A stretch of 45,342 nt of DNA, from positions 1-45,342 of the forward strand of contig JBBRPR010000064.1 of NCBI GenBank assembly GCA_038227875.1, given 5' to 3'. This document shows positions 18,832 to 28,710 of the stretch, piece by piece (position 1 is the stretch's first letter; every line of letters begins with the position of its first letter). Made by a program: the position numbers and the translations under genes. The stretch comes from Planctomycetota bacterium. GTDB lineage: Bacteria > Planctomycetota > SZUA-567 > H5-PLA8. The notes below the pieces were generated by a model that was not told where the DNA came from, ran no database searches, and saw only the letters and a program-made list of their open reading frames with translations.

Positions 18832-19542
18832 TTAGCGTGAACGGGTGAACAGGTATTCCTTTAACTCCTGCAGGCCCTGGAGCGAACCGATTTCATAAAA
18901 ACGCTGCTGCTCCTCATATGCGGTCAGTTTGCCGGAACTCAATACCTTTTGGTAGACACGATCCAAGCCGAATGGCTCGGGCATTGAACCATCGAAGCTT
19001 TTGCGATCGAAGACGCCAAGACCGTAATCGATGTGCTCCATGCGATTCGTGCGATTATTCTTGTCGTACGCAATGATTGTATTGTCGCGGTACTCAACGT
19101 TGCTTTGATCGAATTTATGATTATTTCGGAAGACCGTCATTAATGCCATCGCCTGCGACTCGACGAATCGATCCTGAATCAGCCGATAGTCGCAATCCAG
19201 ATACGAGTCGCCATAAAGGACAAAGAATCGATTGCCCAACAGAGGCAAGGCTCGTTGGATTGCGCCTCCCGTGCCGAGCAGCTTCGGTCCGTCAAAGGAG
19301 TAATCGACGTGGAGGCCGAAGGCGGCACCATCGCAGGTGAAATCGCGCAGCATTTCTCCAAGAAATCCCACGCAAAAAACGACGTGGGTCACGCCTTGAG
19401 AATGAAGCAACCGCAGCTGATGCGCGACAAACGGTTCGCCGTTAACATCCAGTAATGATTTGGGTATTTTTTCGGTCAGCGGCCGCATGCGGGTTGCCAA
19501 TCCACCCGCGAGAATCGCTACAGGATACAATTCGGTGCTCAT
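18832..19542 (-). CDS. Sugar-1-phosphate nucleotidyltransferase (HddC-like)
   Basis: ILAGGLATRMRPLTEKIPKSLL, LGTGGAI, FFVLYGDSYL, FYEIGS. Confidence 0.9.
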   Translation of the reverse strand: MSTELYPVAILAGGLATRMRPLTEKIPKSLLDVNGEPFVAHQLRLLHSQGVTHVVFCVGFLGEMLRDFTCDGAAFGLHVDYSFDGPKLLGTGGAIQRALPLLGNRFFVLYGDSYLDCDYRLIQDRFVESQAMALMTVFRNNHKFDQSNVEYRDNTIIAYDKNNRTNRMEHIDYGLGVFDRKSFDGSMPEPFGLDRVYQKVLSSGKLTAYEEQQRFYEIGSLQGLQELKEYLFTRSR

Positions 19543-20522
19543 GATTGAATGACGACCTTGGTGCCTTCAAAATCAAAGCGGAAGCGCACTTCTTCGAGCC
19601 CAGCTTTGCGCAAGACATGACGCAGGCGAGATTTCTCTTCGGTGTAAAACATTAAAAATCCACCGCCGCCAGCACCAATGAGCTTTCCGCCGAGCGCGCC
19701 ATTTTTCATGGCCAGGGTATACCATTCGTCAATGGCGCCGTTGCTCATGATGGGTGAGCGTTTGCGCTTGTGCTGCCAGTGAACGTCCATGAGTTTGGCG
19801 AATTCGGCTAAATCGCCCTTTTCCAATGCGTCTTTGCTCTGGCGTCCCAGGTCTTTTACAAAATGTAGATTTTCAATCATTTCCTTGTCGTTTTGCTTTG
19901 TGCGCGTGTCCTGATCCTTCAAAATCTCCGATGCCGAGCGGCTCTGGCCCGTAAAGAATAAGACCAGGTTATCTTCGAGATTGTACAGGGCCTCAGAACT
20001 GATTTTCAGGGGCCACACTTCAACTTGATCGTTGGGTAGGAACCGAAAGCAGGTCAAGCCACCGTACGCGGAGATGTATTGGTCCTGCTTGCCGATCGGC
20101 TCCTTGAGGATGTCCAGTTCGACGTGACACGCCTGTTCTGCAAGTTCGTGCGGATGAACGACCCGTTTCTGGGCGGTATGGAGCGCTTTGAGCAGCGCGG
20201 TGGTAAAGCTCCCCGAAGAGCCCAGTCCCGTGCCGGCATGGATGTCTGCCATGCTGGCAATTTCAAGATTAAACACGTCAACTCGCAACAGGCGCAGCGC
20301 TTCGCGAACGATCGGATGTTGAATTTCATCGATCGACTTCACACGTTCAAGTTTTGAGTATTTCAGGATTAACTCTTGTACAAAAGTGTTGTGAAGTGTG
20401 ATGTAGACATATTTATTAATTGATGCGGCGATCAGAAAGCCGCTGTGCTCCCGGTAATACGAAGGAACGTCCGTCCCACCACCACCGAGCGTGATTCGCA
20501 GCGGACTACGCGTGATGATCAT
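19539..20522 (-). CDS. GHMP-family sugar kinase (heptose-7-phosphate kinase HddA-like)
   Basis: Start MIITRSPLRITLGGGGTD (ATG 20522), GTGLGSSGS, IGKQDQY, GGKLIGAGGGGF. Confidence 0.9.
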   Translation of the reverse strand: MIITRSPLRITLGGGGTDVPSYYREHSGFLIAASINKYVYITLHNTFVQELILKYSKLERVKSIDEIQHPIVREALRLLRVDVFNLEIASMADIHAGTGLGSSGSFTTALLKALHTAQKRVVHPHELAEQACHVELDILKEPIGKQDQYISAYGGLTCFRFLPNDQVEVWPLKISSEALYNLEDNLVLFFTGQSRSASEILKDQDTRTKQNDKEMIENLHFVKDLGRQSKDALEKGDLAEFAKLMDVHWQHKRKRSPIMSNGAIDEWYTLAMKNGALGGKLIGAGGGGFLMFYTEEKSRLRHVLRKAGLEEVRFRFDFEGTKVVIQS

Positions 20523-21495
20523 ATCCAGACTCCTTGTAAATTTGCTCCACCACGCGCAGAGTTGCATGGGCGTCTGACAAGCCCGGGACAGACGGTCGAC
20601 CCAGCCGAATGTCGTCGATGAACTCCGCGAATTCAAGGGCCCACGAGCGATCCTCCATGGGAAATTCCCATTTTGTAGTTTCCGGAGGCCCCATTTGCGG
20701 AAGCATTTTATAAAATGCCAGCTGCTCTACGCCGTAGCTTCCACCGAGTCCGGTAATCTCTAGTTTTCCATCCCGCCCAAAGATTTCGAATGAGAAGAGA
20801 TTTTTCCATTCCGTGCAACTGGCGTGGAGAAATGCGGTCTTCCGATCTGCAGTCTCCAGCAGCATGAATGCGTTGTCGTCGACAGGCATCTTCCAGTAGC
20901 ACGTCAATGCGCGACCGGCAACGTTTACAATATCGCCCAAAAACCAGCGGGAGAGATCGATCAAATGCACTCCCTGATCGATCAGTTCGCCGCCCCCGGA
21001 TAAGCGCGGGTCGGCACGCCATTCTTTTTCGTAGCCTAGCCGTCCTCCGTGGCCGTACCGCGCACGGATATAAAGCAATGAACCAATGGCGCCGGCATCA
21101 ACCAATTCACGGGCTTTGCGAAATGTCGGGTGGTAGCGGTGATTGAATCCCACCCTCACAGTGACTTTCGATTTTGCGGCAGCGCCGATCAACGGCTCGA
21201 GTTCGCTGCTGAAACGCGCCGCGGGCTTTTCAATCAGCACATGTTTACCGGCTTGAATTGCATGCAAGGCAATGACGGGAAGTGAATCGTGACGCGTGCA
21301 GACGATAACCATGTCGACGTCCTTACGTTCGACCACGGAGCGCCAGCTGTCGGAAGGTTCCACACCACTATGGGCTGAGGCCAATGCACGCGCGCGATCA
21401 GACACCTCATCGGCACACGCGATCAACCGCGCCCCTTCCATGAATCGAGCACGCTTGGCTCCAATCAGGCCACATCCGACGATGGCTGCATTCAT
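20506..21495 (-). CDS. Gfo/Idh/MocA-family oxidoreductase
   Basis: IVGCGLIG, GKHVLIEKP, VGFNHRYHP, GGGELIDQGVHLID. Confidence 0.92.
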   Translation of the reverse strand: MNAAIVGCGLIGAKRARFMEGARLIACADEVSDRARALASAHSGVEPSDSWRSVVERKDVDMVIVCTRHDSLPVIALHAIQAGKHVLIEKPAARFSSELEPLIGAAAKSKVTVRVGFNHRYHPTFRKARELVDAGAIGSLLYIRARYGHGGRLGYEKEWRADPRLSGGGELIDQGVHLIDLSRWFLGDIVNVAGRALTCYWKMPVDDNAFMLLETADRKTAFLHASCTEWKNLFSFEIFGRDGKLEITGLGGSYGVEQLAFYKMLPQMGPPETTKWEFPMEDRSWALEFAEFIDDIRLGRPSVPGLSDAHATLRVVEQIYKESGYDHHA

Positions 21496-22364
21496 TGTGG
21501 TTCACCCCAGTCGAGATTGCGGTCTTTGGGAACGATGCGACGGAGCGTGTAGATGTCCGACTTTTCCAATTGTGGCGCCAACTCCGGAAATCGATCCCAG
21601 GGGTCCCAGAGCGCACTGATCAGGCGTCCAGAAATTCCGTCGCTGGCTGGAGAGCCAAGGAATGTGCAGAGGTTTGCGCCGATTTCCAGCGGCGTGCCAC
21701 CGGTGCGTTGTTGCTCCAATGCGGCAGCGTACATTGCGCGTCCAACCTTTTCCGGCCCGGCTTCCAGAACTTCATCGAGGAGTCTCGTGTTCAGCGCGCC
21801 AGGCGCAATCGTATTTACATCGATATTGTACTCGCGAAGTTCTCCGGCCAGTGTTTCACCAAAACGCACGATTGCCGCTTTTGATGCGGCGTATGCGCTT
21901 AAGTAAGGCATGGGTTTCGTTGCGCCCCCGCCCGAGAGGATTACAATCTTTCCATATTTCTGACGTTTAAACGCGGGCACGACCGCGCGACAACAATAGA
22001 CTGTGCCCATAAGATTAATCTCAATGGCTTGAACCCAATCCTCCCAATTCACGGATTCAATAGCGCCTTTCGGGCCATAAACTCCGGCATTGGCTATGAG
22101 AATATCCAGTCCGCCCAACTCGGAAAGCGTGGCCTCGACCAGTGCATCGACCTGGGCCGTTTGCGAAATATTTACCGTGCGATGCAGAATTCTGGCTCCA
22201 GCAACGGACACGCGTTTGATGGATTCAGCGGCGGTGGCCAGAGCTGAGGCCTGCCGGGCGCAGAGCATCACACTTGCGCCCTCGCGCGCGAAGGCGTGAG
22301 CAACGGCCAGTCCAAACCCCTGGCTGGCCCCTGTAATCAAAGCTCGTTTACCGGAAAGTTTCAT
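21492..22364 (-). CDS. Short-chain dehydrogenase/reductase (SDR)
   Basis: TGASQGFG, NAG, YAASK. Confidence 0.92.
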   Translation of the reverse strand: MKLSGKRALITGASQGFGLAVAHAFAREGASVMLCARQASALATAAESIKRVSVAGARILHRTVNISQTAQVDALVEATLSELGGLDILIANAGVYGPKGAIESVNWEDWVQAIEINLMGTVYCCRAVVPAFKRQKYGKIVILSGGGATKPMPYLSAYAASKAAIVRFGETLAGELREYNIDVNTIAPGALNTRLLDEVLEAGPEKVGRAMYAAALEQQRTGGTPLEIGANLCTFLGSPASDGISGRLISALWDPWDRFPELAPQLEKSDIYTLRRIVPKDRNLDWGEPQ

Positions 22365-23659
22365 CCGCCTCTCCCGATTGCGAAGTAGGAAATCTTACAC
22401 TCCTGCGCCAACTCCGACTCCAGGAAACGGCTGGGATCGAAAACACGCGGCGTGTTCATTGTGGCTAGGAAATCCGCTGTGGATAATATTTTGAATTCAG
22501 GCCATTCCGTTGCAATCAACGCTGCATCCGCACCGCGAAGCGCTTCTTTAGCAGTGGAGCAAAGGTGAATCAGCGACGAAAGTTCGTCGGGAAGGCGGCT
22601 AACCGCAGGATCAAACGCGCGAACGGTCACGCCTTGAGTGTGAAGCCACTTACAAACCTCGATTGCGCTGGAGCGCCGTAAGGTATCGGTACCCGGTTTG
22701 TACGTCAGTCCCAGGACGGTAAGCGTCTTTCCGGCTAGCGTTCCGAGCACCGTTGTGAGTACCCGACGCAGCCACTCTTTATGCAGATCGTTGCTTTCCT
22801 TGATTCCGGACAGCAGCGGCGTTTGGCAATCTGATTCGCGGCCGAGCCGCGTCAGGAACATAATGTCGCGCGCCAGCGTCCCGCCGGCGAAGGCAGGACC
22901 AGGCTTCAAATAGGCTTTCGGACCAATTCGAATATCCGTCTTTAGACCACGCTCAACTTCACGCGCGTCGGCGCCCGCGAGCTCGCATAACGCGGCGATT
23001 TCGTTGATAAAAGAGACGGAACAGGCAAGGAATGCATTCAGCGCGTGTTTAGTCATTTCGGCGGATTCAATGGACATCCATTCTATATTGATTCTCGATT
23101 TAAATAATTTAAAGAGTTCGATAATTTGATCGCGTGCGACAGGGTTTCGAAAACCAACCACGACGCGATCCGGATTGGTAAAAACCTCAATCGCGTTACC
23201 CAGACGTAGATTCTCGGGCGAATATACGAATGCAGCATGCCCATTCGGACACGCCTGTTGATAAAGCTTCTCCAGGCGGCGTGTGGTGCCCACAGGAACT
23301 TGAGACGAAACAATAATCAGGACGCGGTCTTTGAGGTGCGGAAAAAGCCGGCGTGTGCGTTGAACTACGGATTCAACGTCTGCGATGTCGTGGTCGTCAA
23401 CTGGCGTGTCGTATGCAATCCAGCAGACATCGGCGGCTTGAATGGTTTGGGGATCCGAGGTAAAGGTCAACCGCCCGGCATTCATGTTCTTTCGCAGGAG
23501 TTCTGCCAGACCTGGTTCGGCAATTGGAGGATGTCCCTGCGCGAGATTCTGCATCAATTCCGGATCATCGTCGAGTCCGATGACCGTATGGCCGGATTCT
23601 GCCAGTCCCGCGGAGGCAACGCATCCCAGATGCCATAAGCCCACAACCGCAATGATCAC
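22361..23659 (-). CDS. UDP-glucose/GDP-mannose dehydrogenase family protein (atypical active site)
   Basis: GTG 23659 overlaps the upstream stop. VVGLWHLG, PIAEPGL, SQVPVGTT, SPENLRLG, SAEMTKHALNAFLA..SFINE, VLGLTYKPGTDTLRRS; has AFAGGTLARD where the family has GFGGSCFPKD. Confidence 0.88.
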   Translation of the reverse strand: MIIAVVGLWHLGCVASAGLAESGHTVIGLDDDPELMQNLAQGHPPIAEPGLAELLRKNMNAGRLTFTSDPQTIQAADVCWIAYDTPVDDHDIADVESVVQRTRRLFPHLKDRVLIIVSSQVPVGTTRRLEKLYQQACPNGHAAFVYSPENLRLGNAIEVFTNPDRVVVGFRNPVARDQIIELFKLFKSRINIEWMSIESAEMTKHALNAFLACSVSFINEIAALCELAGADAREVERGLKTDIRIGPKAYLKPGPAFAGGTLARDIMFLTRLGRESDCQTPLLSGIKESNDLHKEWLRRVLTTVLGTLAGKTLTVLGLTYKPGTDTLRRSSAIEVCKWLHTQGVTVRAFDPAVSRLPDELSSLIHLCSTAKEALRGADAALIATEWPEFKILSTADFLATMNTPRVFDPSRFLESELAQECKISYFAIGRGG

Positions 23660-24612
23660 GACCGTATCCCCAGGATTTCCGGATTCTGCTGCAGATATTT
23701 TACGGTCTGGATCACACCCTCGCGAATTGTCAATTTGGGCTGCCACCCCAGCGCCCGAATCTTTGAACAATCGAGAAAGATGAATGGGCTGTCGCCAATC
23801 CACCCGCGCTCACCGCCGGCGTATGATTTTTCAGGCGACACCTTGAGTTGCTCACAAATCCAGTTAATAGAATCGTTCACCTCACAGTAATGGTCAGTTC
23901 CTAAATTGAAGATATGGAATTTGTCAGGACATGAACGGGTGGCAAGCAGCATCGCATCAATACAATCCTGAACATAAAGATACGACTTTCGCTGCTTTCC
24001 ATTGCCCAGAATGCGCAGTGACTTTGGATTTACGGAGAGTTGTTTACAGAAATCAAAAACGTGGCCGTGGGTATAGCGTTCGCCGAGAATCGAAACAAAT
24101 CGGAACACGATTCCATTGAATCCAAAACCCTCTGAATAGGCCGAGATCAGACTTTCGGCCGAAATCTTGGACGCGCCATACAGAGATGTTTGGGTGGGGA
24201 AGGGAGCCGTTTCAGGCGTCGGAAAAACCGTGGGCTCTCCATAAACAGAGCCGGTTGACGAAAAGGCGATACGCCTCACACCGTTTGCCCGCATGGCCTC
24301 CAGCATGTTTGATGTGGCGATCGTATTCTGTTCCAGATCCTTGCGCGGATGCTGCGTTCCAAATCGGACATCGGCATTGGCGGCAAGATGAAACACGAAT
24401 TCCGCGCCCTTGACCGCAGACATGAGCGCATCGGCGTCGAGCAGATCGCCGCGAATCAACCGAAACCTGGGCGAGGCCAAAGCGTGTTTGAGAAAGCATT
24501 CCTGGCCTGTGGAGATGTTGTCGAAGCCTGTTACAGCATGTCCCTCATCGATAAGCCGATCCACGAGGTTGCTGCCGATGAAGCCCGCACAGCCGCTTAC
24601 GAAGTACTGCAT
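23656..24612 (-). CDS. NAD-dependent epimerase/dehydratase (extended SDR)
   Basis: SGCAGFIGS, HLAA, SSTGSVYG, YGASK. Confidence 0.92.
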   Translation of the reverse strand: MQYFVSGCAGFIGSNLVDRLIDEGHAVTGFDNISTGQECFLKHALASPRFRLIRGDLLDADALMSAVKGAEFVFHLAANADVRFGTQHPRKDLEQNTIATSNMLEAMRANGVRRIAFSSTGSVYGEPTVFPTPETAPFPTQTSLYGASKISAESLISAYSEGFGFNGIVFRFVSILGERYTHGHVFDFCKQLSVNPKSLRILGNGKQRKSYLYVQDCIDAMLLATRSCPDKFHIFNLGTDHYCEVNDSINWICEQLKVSPEKSYAGGERGWIGDSPFIFLDCSKIRALGWQPKLTIREGVIQTVKYLQQNPEILGIRS

Positions 24613-24850
24613 TCAGTAACTCCCGAAGACGCAAACGACAGGCAGAACTCCATCGCATCTACAACAATCACCGTGTTCAGCGGTCCGCGCTGAAAGAGTG
24701 CCAAACGTGGATCATAGTCGTTACGCTGATAAAATGCGATGTCGCGCACAATTTTAAAGCCGCGATGTACCCGTCTGCACATGAGCACCATCAAAAACCG
24801 CGCTTGAGAGGCTAATTGAAACGCTTGGCGAGTCAGAATTTCACGAGGAG

Positions 24851-25756
24851 TTAAGCGCGCTTCTGAGCGGTGATTACACAACGAATTCCAAATGGATAGG
24901 AAATCCATCGTCCGGCGAGAAGTTCGACGCCCATGAGTAACTTAAGCGCAAAATTGCTTTTTGACGCACGTATGCTCTCTTGAACGATCTTCCGTTGCTC
25001 CTCAACGGGCGCGGTCAGGTACTTCTGATTTCTTTTCTTGGTCATATAAAATGCGGGGTAAAGCGAAAATCCGAGGTGCGACCGCTCGATAACTTTCAGG
25101 TCTTTGTTTTCAATGGATTGACGGAGCGCTTTCATGGAATAGCGCCTGAAATGCATCAATTGTTTGTCATACACATCAAAAAGATTCGGTCCAGCGGGTA
25201 CTTCAATGACGGCTATTCCGCCGGGCTTTAGAATACGGGCGATCTGCGCAATGGCTGCATTGTCGTCGTCGATGTGCTCAAGTACGTTTAAAAGCACGAC
25301 AGCATCAACACAGTTGTCGGCAAGAGGGCACTTGGTGAGATCGAATTGCAATAACGGCACATTCAACTTTTGCAAAGCCAGATGCTTCAAGGGTTGCAAA
25401 ACATAGTCAGCGCCAATCAAGAAACTGCCCGGCAACCCTTCCTGAATAGTCTTCAGCATATAACCTGTTGAGCAACCGACCTCTAATATCGTGGCGGTAT
25501 CTACTGGAGCCTTCAGATACCTTCGCAATTGCTCCAGAGCCCTACCCCGGGAAGCGCGATCCATGACGTGATCGCTTCCAGCGTTATTTTCGTGGAAGGC
25601 AGTCAGTTCGTCGGTCCAACCGGAATCGCCAGTCGCATAACTTAGGACCGCGACTGTTTGTTCCCCAAGTTGAAACGCGTTCCCGTTCCAGACTGGCCGC
25701 AACTGAACCCCGGGTATCGGAGCCCATGGGAAGTCTGCGAATTGGCCTTTTTGCAT
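24851..25756 (-). CDS. Class I SAM-dependent methyltransferase
   Basis: ILEVGCSTG, LNVLEHIDDD, RILKPGG, HFRRY. Confidence 0.9.
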   Translation of the reverse strand: MQKGQFADFPWAPIPGVQLRPVWNGNAFQLGEQTVAVLSYATGDSGWTDELTAFHENNAGSDHVMDRASRGRALEQLRRYLKAPVDTATILEVGCSTGYMLKTIQEGLPGSFLIGADYVLQPLKHLALQKLNVPLLQFDLTKCPLADNCVDAVVLLNVLEHIDDDNAAIAQIARILKPGGIAVIEVPAGPNLFDVYDKQLMHFRRYSMKALRQSIENKDLKVIERSHLGFSLYPAFYMTKKRNQKYLTAPVEEQRKIVQESIRASKSNFALKLLMGVELLAGRWISYPFGIRCVITAQKRA

Positions 25757-25812
25757 TTCAATTGGCGCTCAGGGGTCACTTCTGGAAATAAAAATGGGTT
25801 GCGTCCCCAAAA

Positions 25813-26823
25813 CTAACTCAGTTTTCCAGGGTTTGAGGCCGATTGGGCAAGCCTCGCATCCCGATCCGCCATGTCTTTTTCGGATTCAAATCCGACGGAC
25901 TCCTCGACGATGAATTTCGGGCGGCGTTTAGACTCGTCATAAATTCGGCCAATGTACGCACCAAGAATACCCATGCCAATAAATTGCAAACCGCTCATCA
26001 TCAAAATCAACAGAACCGCTGTGGTCAAGCCGGGTGCGAAATCATAGATCCCTTTCGCTTTAATATAAATAACAACAACGGCGGCAATCACGGAGAAGGC
26101 CGACATCGCAAAGCCCATTACGACCAACATATTTAGCAGGTAGTCCGAGAACGCGACGATTCCGTTAAAGCCGATACGCAGGCTTCCGGTAATCCGATTG
26201 TATTTTCCCTCCCCACCGATGCGCGCCAGGCGGTCGAAGGGCAATAAATAAGTTTTGAATCCAACGACGCCCACCAAGCCCCGCAGAAATCCGTGACTTT
26301 CGTTGAGTTTGCACAGTTCGCGAATGACACGTCGATCCATCAATCGGAAATCGCCTGTATTCCGGGGAATGGCTACAGACGAAATTTTATTGATGAATTT
26401 GTACCCGACAAAGGAAATAAGCTTCTTTAATGGATGCTCCCCTTCGCGTGAGCGGCGTTGAGGAATAACAACTTTGTATCCGCCTTGCCAGTATTTAACC
26501 ATCTCGGGAATCAAATTCGGCGGATCTTGCATATCACAATCAATTACGATGACGGCCTCACCAGCTGCATAATTCAACCCAGCCATGGTGGCAGCCGGCT
26601 GGCCAAATCGCCGTGAAAACTGAAGCAGCTTTATTCGTGAATCCTTTTCATTCGCTTCGCGAATGAGCTCGACGGTACGGTCCGTACAGGGATCCACCGC
26701 AAAAATGATTTCGTAGCTTTCGGTGACCGAGGAGAGTACGGTTCGCATTTCCGAAAGAAATTTAGGCAACGAGTCCTCTTCGTTGTACACAGGCACGACA
26801 ACCGAAAGCATTGGTGTGACCAT
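25813..26823 (-). CDS. GT2 polyprenol-phosphate glycosyltransferase (GtrB/DPM1-like)
   Basis: SVVVPVYNEE, FSRRFGQ, DCDMQDPP, TGDFRLMDR, two C-terminal TMs, YIGRIYDESKRRP. Confidence 0.92.
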   Translation of the reverse strand: MVTPMLSVVVPVYNEEDSLPKFLSEMRTVLSSVTESYEIIFAVDPCTDRTVELIREANEKDSRIKLLQFSRRFGQPAATMAGLNYAAGEAVIVIDCDMQDPPNLIPEMVKYWQGGYKVVIPQRRSREGEHPLKKLISFVGYKFINKISSVAIPRNTGDFRLMDRRVIRELCKLNESHGFLRGLVGVVGFKTYLLPFDRLARIGGEGKYNRITGSLRIGFNGIVAFSDYLLNMLVVMGFAMSAFSVIAAVVVIYIKAKGIYDFAPGLTTAVLLILMMSGLQFIGMGILGAYIGRIYDESKRRPKFIVEESVGFESEKDMADRDARLAQSASNPGKLS

Positions 26824-27058
26824 GGTACCTCGTTTTAAGCGGTGAGTCTTGAGGCATAATTGTAACTCTTGTCGTTGATTTCGGCCAGAATTGAATTGCT
26901 GGGGATCATCCCATTAACGTTCGCTCGCGGCGGGTGGAGTGCAGCTAACACGACAATCTCACGTGTGCGTTCCTTTCAAGTTTTGCCATTTGGCCGGTTT
27001 GATTCGAGAAGAGGCCCTTGCACAAGGGACCGAGAGCCGTGATTGTTCGATGCCGCTA

Positions 27059-27829
27059 CTAACTACGAATCCCCGGCAATGGCGTGTTCTCCATGGCTTT
27101 TTGATAGGCAGGGAGCACTGCTTCAATCGGACCGTCCTGGACAATTCCGCCGTGATCGATCCAGATGCATCGCCGGGCGATTCGCCGGGCGAGGACGAGA
27201 TCGTGCGAAACCAGAATGAGAATGTCGAGCGACGAATTTCCTGCGTCCATCCGGGCGCACGCTTTCTGCACGAAATGCGCGTCGGCATTCGCAAAGATTT
27301 CATCGAGAATCACGATCTCGGGATTCAGTTCCATCGCGATGCCGAACGCCAGACGCGTGCGCATGCCGGTCGAGTAATACTTAATCGGAGTATCGAGAAA
27401 GTGCTCTGGGATTTCTGCGAAGTCGATGACCTTTTGAGTGCAGGCCACGATCTGCGTGCGTTTCGCGCCAAGAATCGCACCGTTGAGGAACAAATTCTCG
27501 CGCCCGGTCAATTCAAAATGAAACCCTGCGCCGGCCTCGATTAGTGGTGTGATGCGCCCGCTTATTTTTAGTTCGCCACGGCTGGGCGGATAGATGCCGG
27601 CGATGACCTTCAGCAGCGAACTCTTTCCCGCCCCGTTTGGACCGACGAGCGCCAGGCGCTCGCCACGCTTGATCGACAAAGACACGTTTTTCAGAGCGTG
27701 GAATGTTTCGACTGATTTGGTGCGGAATGCCAATGAATTTAACAGCCATTCGCGCAACGAAAAACTCTTGTTGCGATAGAGCACAAACTCCAGCCCGATG
27801 TTTTGAAGTTCGATTTCGCTCATGAGCAT
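27059..27829 (-). CDS. wzt: Polysaccharide ABC exporter ATP-binding subunit (no C-terminal CBM)
   Basis: FHALKNVSL, GPNGAGKS, ELTGREN, YSTGMRTRLAF, ILDE, VSHD; follows wzm. Confidence 0.9.
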   Translation of the reverse strand: MLMSEIELQNIGLEFVLYRNKSFSLREWLLNSLAFRTKSVETFHALKNVSLSIKRGERLALVGPNGAGKSSLLKVIAGIYPPSRGELKISGRITPLIEAGAGFHFELTGRENLFLNGAILGAKRTQIVACTQKVIDFAEIPEHFLDTPIKYYSTGMRTRLAFGIAMELNPEIVILDEIFANADAHFVQKACARMDAGNSSLDILILVSHDLVLARRIARRCIWIDHGGIVQDGPIEAVLPAYQKAMENTPLPGIRS

Positions 27830-28623
27830 TAAAGCCGGAAGATCAGTTTACGTTCAAGGGTGGCGTAGATCAGGTGTCCGATCAAAAACGTGACAATTGC
27901 CACACCAAACGCTGCGGCCCAATGCTGAGCGGGTGGCACGATGTTCTGGCTGATAATCTCCTGAAAAGGGCGGATCAAATGGGTCATCGGATTGAGTTCA
28001 AAGACAAAGTGCCACTTCTGTGGAATTTTCGCGCTTTCGATTTCGTAGATAATCGGTGTCAGGTAAAATCCGAGCTGCATCGTCACTGACATCAAATGCG
28101 TTGTGTCGCGGATGTAGACGTTGACCGTTGAGACTCCGAAGGAGATCCCACTGATGAAAATCAGCAGGATCAGAACCGCCAGCGGCAGCGTCAGCAATTC
28201 CAGGCCGGGCCGGTAACTAACAAATGGCATGATGACTAGAAAGAGTACCGCGAAATTAAACAGGAAGTCGTAAAAGCGGGCCAGGGTGACTGCGACCGGA
28301 AAGAGGTGCTTGGGCAGGTAGATTTTCTTAAGCAAGTCTTCATGCCAGACGATCGATGTGCCAGCGCCCCACATGGCACTCATCAGGAAGTTCCATGGAA
28401 GCAGGCCGGCGAAAACGTAGCGGATATAATGTTGTGCAGATTCGAAACCCAGGGCACGCCAGAACACGATGGTCATGATGGCCATCGTCGCGAGCGGGTA
28501 AAGAAGTGTCCACATGTAACCGAGAATGGTTCTGCGGTAACGGAGTTTCAAATCGGCTTTGACGAGGTTGGCTAAAACCTCGCGATATTGATACAGCGAT
28601 CGCACGTCATGGATTAACGTCAT
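27829..28623 (-). CDS. wzm: Polysaccharide ABC exporter permease
   Basis: DLKLRYRRTILGYMWTLLYPL, GLLPWNF, LLKKIYLP, FYLTPIIY, LNPM; likely ATG 28623. Confidence 0.9.
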   Translation of the reverse strand: MTLIHDVRSLYQYREVLANLVKADLKLRYRRTILGYMWTLLYPLATMAIMTIVFWRALGFESAQHYIRYVFAGLLPWNFLMSAMWGAGTSIVWHEDLLKKIYLPKHLFPVAVTLARFYDFLFNFAVLFLVIMPFVSYRPGLELLTLPLAVLILLIFISGISFGVSTVNVYIRDTTHLMSVTMQLGFYLTPIIYEIESAKIPQKWHFVFELNPMTHLIRPFQEIISQNIVPPAQHWAAAFGVAIVTFLIGHLIYATLERKLIFRL

Positions 28624-28710
28624 TTCGGCTTCGGACTCTAAACGAAACGTGGGGCGGTGTCCATGACGGCCGATACGAGAGACGCTTGCCTCGATCCCGA
28701 GACCCAAGCG

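Noticed and set aside
24597..24908. 103-aa ORF as a real gene
   Set aside because: Overlaps both neighbours, has no motifs, and no convincing RBS.
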